A stretch of DNA of 64,000 nucleotides from assembly GCA_002633005.1 (NCBI GenBank), contig NMRA01000229.1, forward strand, positions 582,271-646,270, in the 5' to 3' direction. The notes under the pieces are model-generated. The model saw only the letters and a list, made by a program, of their open reading frames with translations, made no database searches and was not told where the DNA came from. The position numbers and the translations under genes are program-made. The stretch is from Phoronis australis (lineage: Eukaryota; Animalia; Phoronida). Each line of letters opens with the position of its first letter. The stretch's first letter is position 1. Below, piece after piece: positions 23,651 to 36,100 of this stretch.

Positions 23651-26600
23651 ACATGGATTCGCACTTTCAGGAATTATAGTTTCTGTTTAGGTATTGGAAC
23701 TTTAGTGAGTTTAATCAGTTTATTCTCACCCCGTATGTAATTAATATTGAACTAATTGTCTACGCCGTTTATTTCTCGAAATGGCTTCAGGCCGTGTTCA
23801 GATTGAACTTCAGTATGTTATAACACACGTAGTTGTTGTTCGTATTGTTGTTAAAATTGTCTAGACTTCTATGAACTCCGTGGCTGCTATCGGCAACCTT
23901 TACTTAGCATTAGATTAATTTTCAGTTATCTATTTACAGGACCAGTTCCCGCAACAAATAGCTATCGGTTAAGTCGGAGTATATTTATAGGACCTCAGGC
24001 CCGACGCCACTGATGATGACGTTATTTTTGTGGAAACACATCCAAGGTGGAAACACGTGATCATGAGACTGAGATAATTCTGCTTGACTGAAAATACTTT
24101 TATGATAAGTAACTCTACGACGTCCGAAATGCCGAGATAGAACAATTGCTAATATCAGCGAACTATTGTGTGAGAGCAGACTTTTGAGCTTGCACATTGT
24201 GACGTATTTGTGTGTATATTGGCATCTACAAAGATCGTTTCCTTTTTGTTGTTTTGGCTAAAGCAGTTTAATTTTTAATGTTGTCTATGGTCCGTGACCA
24301 CTAAACTGTACTCAAGACTTGACTCGAAAATTGACCAATGACTTCGCGTGAAATGTGAACTGTTTATTCGAATCGTGCAACGGTATTGGCAAATTTTCGT
24401 GTCGAGCCTCGAGTAGCGTTTGGCAATCAAGAGAAATGAATTTGTGAATGAAGCTGGGGTAATATATGACTTGGCTCAAACCTTGGTGTCCTGAATACAC
24501 TGCTGCTTGAAACACTTCGTTTGCTTCCACAGGAAGCATCTTGATAATTAAGCTCTTTATGGTGATCAAAACACATCGTAGGGAATCTTCCAATAATACG
24601 TTTGCGAAGGACTTTCGCCATTTTGACTTTGCGCTTGTGGGAGCTTCCCAACAGCAACTATCTCGTGAGGTGTGAATTTTGAGTTCTTTATTTGGGCTTG
24701 CAAACATCACCAGGTGGTGCACAGGGTAAAACATAACAATTGCCCGTATGCACAAGTAAATTACAACACTTTGGCAAAGACGGGTTGCAAAGCACCCCTC
24801 GATCAGCAGCATTTGAGTGAGATGGCGCCATTGCTGTTTTGTCCGATATAGCGCGGGATTTTTTTTGTAATTCTGAACTGTTTTACTCATCGACAATATG
24901 AGACATGAAAGAGTGGGTAAAGTTGACGACGCTCGATGGTTGAATTCACTTCTAGACTGATTCCTAGGTTGCCCTGAGAAAATAGGTGAGAACGGTGAGG
25001 GAAGGAGAGGCGCATACCACTCGCCAGTGGAACAGGGAACATCGATGTCGGTGAGATGTTGCAGAGTAGAGGCATGGGTTCATGGGCCTATGTCAGACAC
25101 ATACTTTATTTAAAGTGATTATAAACCCGCTATTAATCACAAAAATATATTTAATTCCGTCTACGTACCATTAAATTGGTATCAAATTGTTCCTTAATCA
25201 AAATTGTGGTGATTTCTGGCTTGCAAAAGAACTGAGAATTCTTTGTTGCCGGAGACCAGACTATACAAACTGACTCGCCACGGCGTTACGTGTTATTTGC
25301 CGAGTATGCTCTTGAAGTGATAACGAACTGACAGTAGTTTGTAAAGCCAAACATCACTCCGCATCTGAGTAAAGAACAAGTAAAGAAGAACCTATGCAGC
25401 AGTAAGTTGTCCATATAAAAAGTTCGTTTGGAATATAGCCGCAATAATTGTAATGATGTTTCAGCAAAGAGTTCCCATAGAAACTTTTGTGATTTTAGTT
25501 CCACAAAACAGATCCCAAGCCTTTCCGCCGTTCACTTCCAAAGGCATACTATTTCTTCATATGAACATGGTAGAGTTCAGTAACTGTCTCGCGAAGGGAA
25601 AAATCTAACCGAAATCGCGTGCTCTCATTGAAAATACACGTCGATATCTAGCGGAATCTCGCGAGATCATACTTTTCTAGCGAGATATGAGCGTTACTGT
25701 GCTTGACCGAAGGCAGACTGCAGCCCCGAGCATCAGCAGGTAAAACTGACAATTTTAACACAGTTAGATCACTGACAGGATTGTTGTTTCTTTTAACCTA
25801 CATACACGGTTTCACAGGTTTAACATATTTCATCGCTCTTGCATGTCGTGTTAAAACATGACGTGTTCGCTGGTGCAGTCCTTGACACGTTTCTAGATGA
25901 TTCTGATCTAAGAAACATGAATAGGATAAATTGGATCTCATTTCATAAGCAGTTTTCCGTTACCACTGCGACATTGCAACAGTGTTCTGGCAGAAATTAT
26001 TGATCTATTTTCAGCCTTTGTGTGTTTTTCACAAGTTTTTTGTTGACTTATTATGACATCTAAAGATCCTTTGGGGACGGGTAGATAACTCTTTTCTCAA
26101 GTCCATTTTGGAACCGAAAAATGAACACCTCATAACCCATTGTTTCCTTCTACGTTGCAGGCGTATTTCCTGTACCTTTTGTTTTCAAGAGTCACTCAAG
26201 ACGCACTCTAGCTTTTCTTTCGTAGTGCCACTTTCGAAGTCATTCAATTGATAATTCCATATTTGCGTCGATTGATGCTTTACCCTTGGATGTCCAATAT
26301 ATGTTTATTTTCAAAAAAAAAAACACGTACTCTTTTATACCATTCATTGATGTACATGTAATGAGGAAAACGATTAAACTCGTCAAACAATGCGTGCATG
26401 CCCGTGCGACCGTGCTTTTTTGTTGTTGTTTTTTTCAAGAGGCCTGTTACGTAAAAACTACCTTTTAAACAGATCGTAACGAATCTACATGTACTTCAAT
26501 CATGGGTAATGCTAACGCGAGAGTTATTCACTTTGAATATTGCAAGAATTTGTAGAAAAATCGCCAGATTCACTATTTTCAAAAACACAGACGAAATGGT

Positions 26601-27044
26601 TTTATAGTCCCAATACAGTTTTCAAATTCTCAGCCCTTAATAATATATGCGCGCGCATGCGCTCAAAGAAGGAGACGTGGTTTGCCTTGAGGGAGAAAAA
26701 TCGACGAAGTGACGAGTGGACAGGTGTTTTTTTTTTTCAATTACAGGAAAAATGCATTGATATCAATAGACATTCAAAGTATTTGCGAACAAATCGTAAA
26801 AAATACTTGGTGAACAGATTGACTTCTGTTGTTTCAGTGACAGAGAACCAAATTGAATAATGCAATTTAGTCTGTTTTTCGCGTTCTAAGCCATTTAAAC
26901 GAACGCATGGAAAATAATTACTCAGAATGTATTTATGCGACATGAGTCTTACACGCTCCGGTGTAATAACCGCGAAGGTCTACAGTCATGTGACGCGGTT
27001 ACTGCACGAGCGTTGCCAAAAAATGTGGATTAAAACTTAAATGT

Positions 27045-27231
27045 GTGGTATATATATATAGATTATTACATGGCGAAGTCGTTATCCCCCGTTATCTAGA
27101 GCCCGAGTGGATTTTGGAGAATTATCGCCCGAGGGGCGTTAGCCCCGAGGGTGATAATTCTCCAAAATCCACGAGGGCTCTAGATAAGGGGGATAACGGC
27201 TGAGAACATGTAATAATCTATTTATACCACA
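27045..27231. repeat. Long near-perfect palindrome (about 185 bp), copy 1
   Basis: TGTGGTATA..AGATTATTACATG...GATTTTGGAGAATTATC-loop-GATAATTCTCCAAAATC...CATGTAATAATCTATTTATACCACA. Confidence 0.9.
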
Positions 27232-27892
27232 TACTAAACGAGAAACATTGCAATGAATCGATTTACCTTTTCTGACTCTCCACGGCTTTGTAACTACTTT
27301 CTATGTCAGAGGCCCGGGGTCGGAGGTCGTGACCTTTTAAGAAAAGCCNGTTTTTCTCGGCTCGTGATTTCAGGATAGTGACACGATTCTCGGGCCTATT
27401 TTTCCACAACACGTGGGTCAATTTTAACGAAAGTTGCAAATTTGAAATCCTCTTGGACTGAAGTAAAATCGCGTGCCAGGGTTTTTTGATAAATGGACCA
27501 GATTTTTAGTTATTAGACGGAAAGTGACCAAATGACAAAAAGTGGCGTGCTTGCCCCAACTCACACACAAAAAATGCCACAAAATCAAGATCATAATGAT
27601 TTTGTACATATATTTGGTATGGATAAGTAGAATATTGCGTAAGGAAATAGTTGATGATGATCCCTGTGCATTTTGAGAAAAAATTCGAGGTAAAATTGGA
27701 TTTGTTGAAAATTAAAAAATACGATTTTTTAAAAAAACGAACTACAAAAAAAAACATTTTTTTTCGATTTTTGTCACTTTCAGAGTCATGTCTAACTAGT
27801 TAAAACTCCCTTTTTACTCATTTTAGTTAGGAACCTGGAGATTTGATCAGTGTATACACCTACCTTAAGTATTCTATTTTCACTCTTGATAA

Positions 27893-28050
27893 CGTCAGTC
27901 GCTGCGTGGTGTAGTGGTAAAGTCGGCGACCAGCAATATTAGGGTCCCGGGTTCGACCCCGTCCTCGGTTTCCCGCCAAATCGTTATCTCACTAGTGAGA
28001 TAACTTTATGGGTTATTACCCGGTTGTATCTGCCATTTGACGCTAATATT
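27893..28050 (+). repeat. tRNA-derived (Pol III A/B box) head module, copy 1
   Basis: A box TGGTGTAGTGG (27907), B box GGTTCGACCC (27950). No proper cloverleaf. Confidence 0.7.
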
Positions 28051-28218
28051 GTGGTATAAATATAGATTATTACAAGGCGAAGTCGTTATCCCCCGTTATC
28101 TAGAGCCCGAGTGGATTTTGGAGAATTATCGTCCGAGAGGCGTTAGCCCGAGGGTGATAATTCTACAAAATCCACGAGGGCTCTAGATAAGGGGGATAAG
28201 GACTGAGAAATGTAATAA
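28050..28218. repeat. Long palindrome, copy 2 (direct repeat of 27045..27231, right end truncated)
   Basis: Nearly identical to copy 1. Confidence 0.9.
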
Positions 28219-28523
28219 GGTTTAGCAACTATTATAGCTTACTACACATTTCATCAAGCTAAGCTTCGACCGGGAAAATATCGTCTGCTAAAGCAGGTTA
28301 CCACTAGTAACTGAGTATAATGCTCAAGTCAAAGGATCCCGACGGAGATCGGTGATTTACAAGTGAGAGAACACGAGAGAAAAATGTCACTGAATTAAAA
28401 TATTGCTTTTATGGAAATTATGCGTCTTATTTTTCATAGCGTATAAATGTCGGTACAATGCCTTTTGATGAACATGAGATTGTTGCGCGTACTCATTTAA
28501 GGATTCTATTTTCACATTCGATG

Positions 28524-28848
28524 ACGTCAGCCACTGAGTGGTGCAGTGGTGAAGTCGACAATCTGAAACTCATGTGGCCAGGGTTCGAAGCCGGCCTCGT
28601 TTCCCGCCAAAATGTTATTTCACTGGGGAGATGCGTTATTACACGAATGTATTTGCCATTCGAGGGTAATACTGCGGTACAAATATATATGCTAAACTGC
28701 ACGAGTTTTATATTATTGAATGTTATTAGCCTAGGTTGCTGTACCGAGTAAGTATTTGCACCCAGCCTTCGTGAAAATATTTACTCGTCACAGCAACCTC
28801 GGCTTATAACAGTCACTCGTGTAAAATATCTGTAGTTTAACGTATATT
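28524..28848 (+). repeat. tRNA-derived head module, copy 2, followed by a different palindrome (core 28728..28804)
   Basis: A box TGGTGCAGTGG (28539), B box GGTTCGAAGCC (28582). Shares TTTCCCGCCAAA and the downstream about 100 bp with copy 1. Hairpin AGCCTAGGTTGCTGT...ACAGCAACCTCGGCT. Confidence 0.7.
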
Positions 28849-29190
28849 TAATCAGAATTGGTAACGTTTTGGACTTAATTCAAATAAATTATTATTTATC
28901 ATAAGTCTGACTCGCTCTTGGATATTCAAAATATCCGAAGAAAATTGAATTGCTTAGACAGAGAAACACTAGTGAATTATATGATATGCGTGTATTCTTA
29001 TATAATTGGAATTGTAACACATTTGAGGTAGATTGTTTACACACTAAATGATCCACAGGAGACGAAATGTTGTGTTACTCCGAAGAGTCTCGAGCTGTTA
29101 AGACAACATTTTTGGCGAAAACACCTGCCCACTAGCCATAATAGCACTTGGAAAAATAATTAGCAACTGTGAATTGAGAGAACTGTATGA

Positions 29191-29275
29191 ATTAGATTAT
29201 ATTAGATTAGATTAGTTTAGATAATATAAGATTGGATTAGATCAGATTAGATTTGGTTAGATAAAATCAGATCAG
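29191..29275. repeat. (ATTAG)n degenerate pentanucleotide repeat
   Basis: Visible directly in the sequence. Confidence 0.85.
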
Positions 29276-29731
29276 AAAGGCATGTTTTTGCATTGTATAT
29301 ATTTTGCCGTGATCATCTTGCAGCGCCACGTGCGTTTGTTTGCCTCCATCCCCTTTACCGCACGTCTCGTTTACGGTTATACAAGAACTTCTATTTCCTT
29401 TTTCAGTTGCCAATGTTCTGAGCTTAAATTAGAATTTTGGAACTGCATGTGCTTGTAAACATGATATCTTTCAAAACGAAGTCGTTAATTGTTTGTTTCT
29501 AAACAAAGACCCATATCGCTAACAGGGTTACGTTGCCTAGAGCAAGTTCCGTGCGAGAAAAGCGATGTCACCGCAGTCTTCTTGAGATGTCCCCATTACA
29601 TGTAAAGCGCGTTATCACGCAAGCTTTACGACCGAGTGCGTTTACGGAACGGTTATACCTTAATTAATAATATTGTCAGTGATGTTTCTTTATCGCTTAT
29701 CTCGTTCCTGACAACAGGCAACGAAGAAAGC

Positions 29732-29925
29732 GGGGTGTGTTCAGTAAAGCGAATTCTTTGCAAGTTTGACGAGATCACGCAAAATCACGCTGTTGAAAGT
29801 AAAATGTAAACTAGAAAAGTGGCCGTCACTGAAGTGATTGGTCGATAAGGGTGGAATGTTGAATTATAAACAAGATTTCTAGTCGCAAATGTCTCGCGGT
29901 TGTCTTGCATTACGGAACGCGGCCC
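29732..29925. mobile_element. MITE-like element with GGGTGTGTTC.GTAA / TTACGGAACGCGGCCC termini; related ends near 7710 and 56660
   Basis: Imperfect terminal inverted repeats, with the same end motif dispersed elsewhere in the window. Confidence 0.45.
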
Positions 29926-30005
29926 TGGTCATCGGATAACCACTTAGGTTCTATGCAATCGACTCCTGATGAATACCCTCATCACGACTCACAAGACTAC
30001 AGACG

Positions 30006-30193
30006 TCACCTAGCACCAGGACAATTTTTTGGCAAAATACACGCGTTGTTGTGAAGAACTCTGTCTATAGGACACGTGCATCCTGGACGACAGTCGGCTG
30101 AGCACTTGATGCTTGTGTTTTGAAGATTCTGGCACGTTCTATGACACGAGGCTCCGCATGGGTCCAATATCATGCCGCGAGGACACGTGGACA
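30006..30193 (-). CDS. BMPER: BMPER last exon: TIL domain (V)STCPRGMILDPCGASCHRTC...CILPKNCPGAR*
   Basis: Acceptor tttcAG, 10-cysteine TIL pattern, TGA stop. Confidence 0.93.
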
Positions 30194-33100
30194 CTGAAAT
30201 GTAAATAAACGTCAATAAAGCAAGGATACCAAACAAACGTATTACATGTACGAATCCCGCTCACGAAGCACTGAATGATACGTACGAAATACATTCTTTG
30301 ATAATAAATACGCCAATACCACGGGGTTCCTACGAATGATACCAATGCTCGAGCGAATGATTTATGAACGCAGTCAAATTAGTTTGCGTTTCAATGTGTA
30401 TGCTCTTGCTGGTATGCACGGTGGTGCAGTTGGTACGTTTGATTCCGTGGTAAGCGAAGATGATTCGGTGGTAAATGCGAATAATTCGGAGTTCGCTCAT
30501 CTGATTGCCTGGTTCTCCTGTAAAGCGAAGTCTGCTTGAGAATGTAGACGTCTGTGTCCATATTTGCTTCAACTCACACATGACCTTGGTGCTTCATATT
30601 TTTATAATTTTCTTCTCATTTTCCGCAGTCCAAGCTATCGCTAAGTTGTTCAGAGAAGAGTTCAGGCAGCAATCTGGCAACATTGCCCAACTGATTTTGT
30701 CTTCCCTGACATAAACATTTTACCTTTACCTGAACAGGAAGTGACGTTTTCCCAAGGTACTCTCAGGCCGTGTCCGTCACATTCCCGTGCATAAGCTTTG
30801 AACGACTCGCATGCACACATCCTTGTCAAGGGGCATTCGCACTCATCAACTATGCACGACCTAAAATAGGAAACCCAGACTATCAAAACTGGTATCGCTA
30901 TATTGCGTGCGCAGTCTGTCGCCTGCTTTTTCAGGCGCCACAAGAGTAACTTTCTAGTTTGTAGGCCTAATGTATCTGTATTTTGTCATTAATTTGACGT
31001 TCTTTTGTTTTCATGTCTGTTAGATTTAACAAAGCTTCAAATTTCCCCTCTGAGATGTTTCATATCTCCGCACGTGCGACTTCAATAGTAAGGCAAGTCA
31101 TTTTGAACCAGGAGAAAATACCCGAGGTGCTCTGAATGGACGTTATCCTATGCATACTACATACTACATACATATATTATTTCGTACATGCGAATGTGAG
31201 CGTATTCAATACGTCAACACGCTGAAATTGAAAACCATAATATCAAATGAGCATGTGAAAGAGACCGCTGTGTACAAAGTGGGGAAAATATACTACACTG
31301 TATTAAAACTGGCGTTTTACAAAACATTATACATTTGAACAATTTCAACTTTGAGGCTCGCTTTGCAAGAGTATACCTGACATATGAGTGCACATCGACG
31401 AAACCATGACATCCACGGAATGTTTCGCTTTTGAGTAAACTACAGTACTCTTCCGCCTCACGTTTCTGCGAGGAGTCCCTTTGACATCGATTTCTTTTCT
31501 CTGATTGGTTAACACTCTGGCACGCCCTGGTAGTACCGTATCTCCACGAATCAGCAAATAATTGAGCACTTGACTGCACTATATTGTCCCTGTCCTTAAA
31601 ATCGTCTTCCATAGCACCATTATAGTTCCCGCAAAGACCGCACACGAGTGATTTAAATTTGGCGGGTACAGTCACTTCTAAGAAGCTGTTGCCATCCCAG
31701 AACAGTCTCACTCCAATGTTCGTCCGCACTTCAACAGAGTTCCCAACTCGTTCTGCAATTAATACTCCTTCTTTGACGAAAGGCAATTGCACACGTTTTC
31801 TGTTGCATTTCACAACGAGATTTTGTAGAAGAGATAACTTTAGTCCTCCAATATGGAGGATGACGTATTTGGTCCACGCAAAAGAATTAGCCAGACGCGA
31901 ATAGTTCCTGACGCGAACACTAAAAGCCTGATTTTGACAGTCTTGAGCGAGAATATATTTACAAGTTCCCTGATAGTTGAAAATACGCCCATCAAAACTT
32001 TTGTAATGAGGATCGCCAAATACTGTGCACGTTGACTCTTCTGAAGAAGAAAATTGATTTAGCATTTTAAAGCGGCAATAAGCCCGCATTCCGTCGAGGA
32101 AACTAACGTTTGGTTTAGATTACGTATCGCTAAGACATTGGTCTCAGTTTGTTCCTTACATTGATGAAATGTGAGAATTAGTCTTAAAAACAACTGACAA
32201 TTCTTTACTGCTTGACACCATACTCGGAGAATAAAATGACACGTCGTGACAAGTCAACTTGCAGAGTCGGGTCTCGCGCAACAGCTAACAGTCACTTCAT
32301 CCCAAGCCAACGAATTTCGACTAAAGAACAATTTGGGGCCAATTTCATAGCTGTAATCGATCTATATCAAAAGTTGTTTTTGTGACGAAAAGTGGGTTTG
32401 TAGCCATTTAAGTAAACTCACTATAATGATATAAGCCTTCAGTGAATACCTCATGCCTTTATAAACTGTACTGTACATTTGATCCTTTGCTGATTTAGTT
32501 TATTGGGATCTCGAGGGATAAATTTGATACATTAATGAAATTAACGTCTTGTGGCACTTACTTTCAACACACCGAGGGCAGCATTCGTCTTCCCTGTATT
32601 TCAACTCATAGTTCTGCAACCCATAAAATAACTCATTAAACATGCAAAACTTTATGTTTCGACGTCAAAGGGGAAACTATGCCTGTGTACATGTAGCATT
32701 GTATGTAAGATAGCGCCATGTCGACGCCGTTTTCTACTGTGATGTTCTTCGTACAGTGAGCTGATAAACATATTTTAGTAATATAGGTTATCAAGCAGCA
32801 ACGTGTTTAGGAACTCTTCCTGCCATAAAGTACACGTTTAAAGTTTGTCAGATGCAAAGACCAAATCTGTAACGTGGGCTGGGAGTCCTGTTCACTCTAA
32901 TACTCGTTACTGTAATTAAGTGCCTGGAGGCGAATCTTTTACCTTCGGGTATTTGTGCCCATTAGCTAACTGACTCCCATGTTCAATAATTAGTGTTCAA
33001 TATATCACTCGATTCCAACGAGATGGAAATTTGAACTACTACATTAGCATCAATTTTGTATTACCTTGGGACAGCCTAGTGAATTACTGCATTGTTCAAC

Positions 33101-36100
33101 GTGACACCTCGTGACTCCATTATCACAGTTGCAAGAGGTGCAAATATTAGGCTTCCACGACTTCCCATGCTGAAAATATCACCTTTCTGTTATTGGGCTG
33201 GTAGAAACGAACGGTTGTGCATGACAGAATGGCATTTCAAAACAGCCCAAACTTTGATGAATCAATTTGCTATAAGATTACTGAACGATTGGACAAAACG
33301 ATTTTCGGAGGTGTTATATGACAATCCCAATGTAGTAGTAGTGGTGGCGGTGATGGTAGTGAAAGTGGTATTGGTAGTAGTAGTAGTAGTCGTAATAGTG
33401 ACGGTGGTGGTAGTGGTGGTGGCGGTGGTGGTAGGCGTGGTAGTAGTGGTAGTGGTGGTGGTAGTCATAGTAGTAGTGGTGGTGGTAGTGGTAGTAGTAG
33501 TAGTGGTAGTTGCAGGGGTAGTGGGAGTGGTGGTGGTAGTGGTAGTCATTGTAGTAGCGGTGGTGGTAGTGGAATTGGTATTGGTAGTAGTAGTGGTAGT
33601 CGTAGTATNTAGTATTGGTAGTGGTAGTGGTAGTAGAAGTATTAGTAGTGGTGGTGGTAGTGGTGGTAGTGGTGGTGGTGGTGGAAGGGGTAGTGGTAGT
33701 AACATATTTTATTTACGTTAAGAGCAAAATACAATTAATACAAATTGAAGCTTATGGAGACTCCGGCCCAGAAGGTTCCGCTGACCACGAGCCACCAGAG
33801 AAAAATAATCAGAATTACAAAATTAAGTGATAATGCAATATAAAACTTCATGTAAAAGACTACGAAAGCTTGTGGAAAATAGTTACACACAAAGCATTTG
33901 GGAATACTGCACCCAAGTTCATAACTTCCAAAACAAATAATTGACACTGGTGGGGAGCCGAGAACAATTCCGAAATGTCATGTCCGCGCCGTTGCTCGTT
34001 TCATTTTTGTGATTTTTGGACATGCCTCCTACCCTACCCCTAAATCGAACGGCCTTGTTTCATATGTTTACGTCAATGGGAGACCGAAATGTTTCAGGCG
34101 TGATTACTAGAGGAACAGAACACTTCAACGAATATATTCTCAAAGACACAGTTCGCCACAGCACGACAAAATAGTAAATAAAGCTATGTACCTTACCCTG
34201 TACCGACGCCCTTCTAAACGACAACGACGTTTAAGCTGGCAGACAGGGCAGCACCGCCCCTTTTCATACACGACGAATTCCGGAGAACACGTTACTGGGG
34301 GGCAAGATATTCTTTCGCAAACAGATGTGGCATTCTGAAATTGATGCATCAACTAATGTCTCCGTCTAGCGTTCGGTCCTGGAATTGATCTATATTCTAG
34401 ACATTCACTTTTGATTCCTTAATTTCAAATTAGGCCAACTAATTCAGTCTTCGGGAACAACACTAGTCACTTCTAACCAAGCTCACAAATCATTTCTATT
34501 CTGCCGGCGTAAGATCCAAGACGATTAGTTAACGTGGTCTAACAAAATCGTTTGTTTTGTGATTGCGAATTCCTGAATTCGGGTGCTTAGCAACTTTAAA
34601 TTTAGTTCCGGAAATGCACTTGTTGTGTAATCAAATTATAGCGTAGATGTTGGCAAGAACTAAAAGTATGACCAAAACTTGGACTTGTCCTTGTTCCATC
34701 GTCAACAAAATTTTATTTAAGATGTTATATTTCGCTTGTTGGTTCACATGGTTCCACAGTAACAACTGCACTGAGACGCTATGCATAAGTCGGTTTATTT
34801 TGCATTGTGGCGGAAAACTAACTGACTGACTGTCACCAGGTGGCGTGACCATCTAGTCCACCACTCGGCTTAGCGCTTACCTAGTACTACCAAGAACGTG
34901 TCTTGCTATCGATGACATTTTGTGAGTCCGCTCAAAATATACAGTAGCTCGTCAAAAGAACAATTTAGAAAGAAAGGAAGCAGAAAATTCGTCAAAAGCG
35001 GAAATAGACACTTGGCGTTGCTTTTGATTCTCGATACTACAAGATAATATGATGCTTTTTCGTCTGAAAATACTGCATCTGGATATACCTGGAGCAGGAA
35101 GTAATATGACCGGCTCTAAATAAGAAAATGCGCTACTGTTGGCTTTCGAAGAAAGTGGATTGGCCGGATTTTTGCTTAACATAATAACGGGTGTTAATCA
35201 ATGCTTAAACTGGCATAGCTTGAACTGTTTAACAAGGGGTACAAACGAGAAATTGCTGATGACCAAGGGGGGTGCTGAACTTCTGGCACTTTGGGAGAAA
35301 CAAGGGGGACAAACGCAAAAGTGGTATAATTTTTGACCGAGGGTAAAGCGTTTTGCACTGAAAGGGTGCATGGCCTAGTTGGCTGGTGCCACAACTCGAC
35401 GCAAACTACTTGACACGGCCCGAGCAGCGTAGTGCTGGTAAACAAGTGGGTGTAACTTGTATGTACACGGAGGTTTTCAGCAGCACCTCGGAGATGAACA
35501 AGTAGATGGCACTGTCAACAACTGATACAACACCAAAATTTTGGTGCGTGATCTTCAAACATTACTCGAGATTCTGTCCGAAAGATGTCGTGAAGCATGC
35601 TTCAAGCAAATTTCAATTTGCACTCGATGTGATTAGCCAATTGTCGAGTTGAGCCTCGAGTAAAGTTTGGTGTTCACTTGCCCTGGGCCCAGGCTCTATT
35701 CTTTCTACTCGAAATCCAACTTGAAATAATTTTTGTCAATTTCTATTGTTCATTTTTGCGAACTCAAGAACTATAATTCTATGCTCGATGGAGTGCACAA
35801 TGGCTTACGTGGATAACTGTCTAATCCTATTTCGCATTTTGTGACCTCAGCATTCAGGCTAAGGTTGGTGCCTAAACTCGAAATTTTTGTAATCTTGAGT
35901 TTTAACTAGAAACTTTACAACGAATTTGGGGTCATTAAGTGTGAACTTCAACTAGAAACTCATGTGCATAAAACAAAATGTATTTGAGCACTCAATAATC
36001 AGTATTTATCTTGAGTTTTCAGAAAAGTAGAAAGAAAGGTACCAAAAATAATTTCCATTTTTATTTCAAGAACAACGATTTGACACCGGCCTCAAGTGTG

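Noticed and set aside
27900-27975. Functional tRNA genes (also at 28533 and 37664)
   Set aside because: A/B boxes are present, but acceptor and anticodon stems do not pair; treated as tRNA-derived repeats.
33092-33830. Poly-Val, poly-Thr (mucin-like) and Gly/Ser ORFs
   Set aside because: Products of a GTA/GTG microsatellite in a BMPER intron; no splice support.
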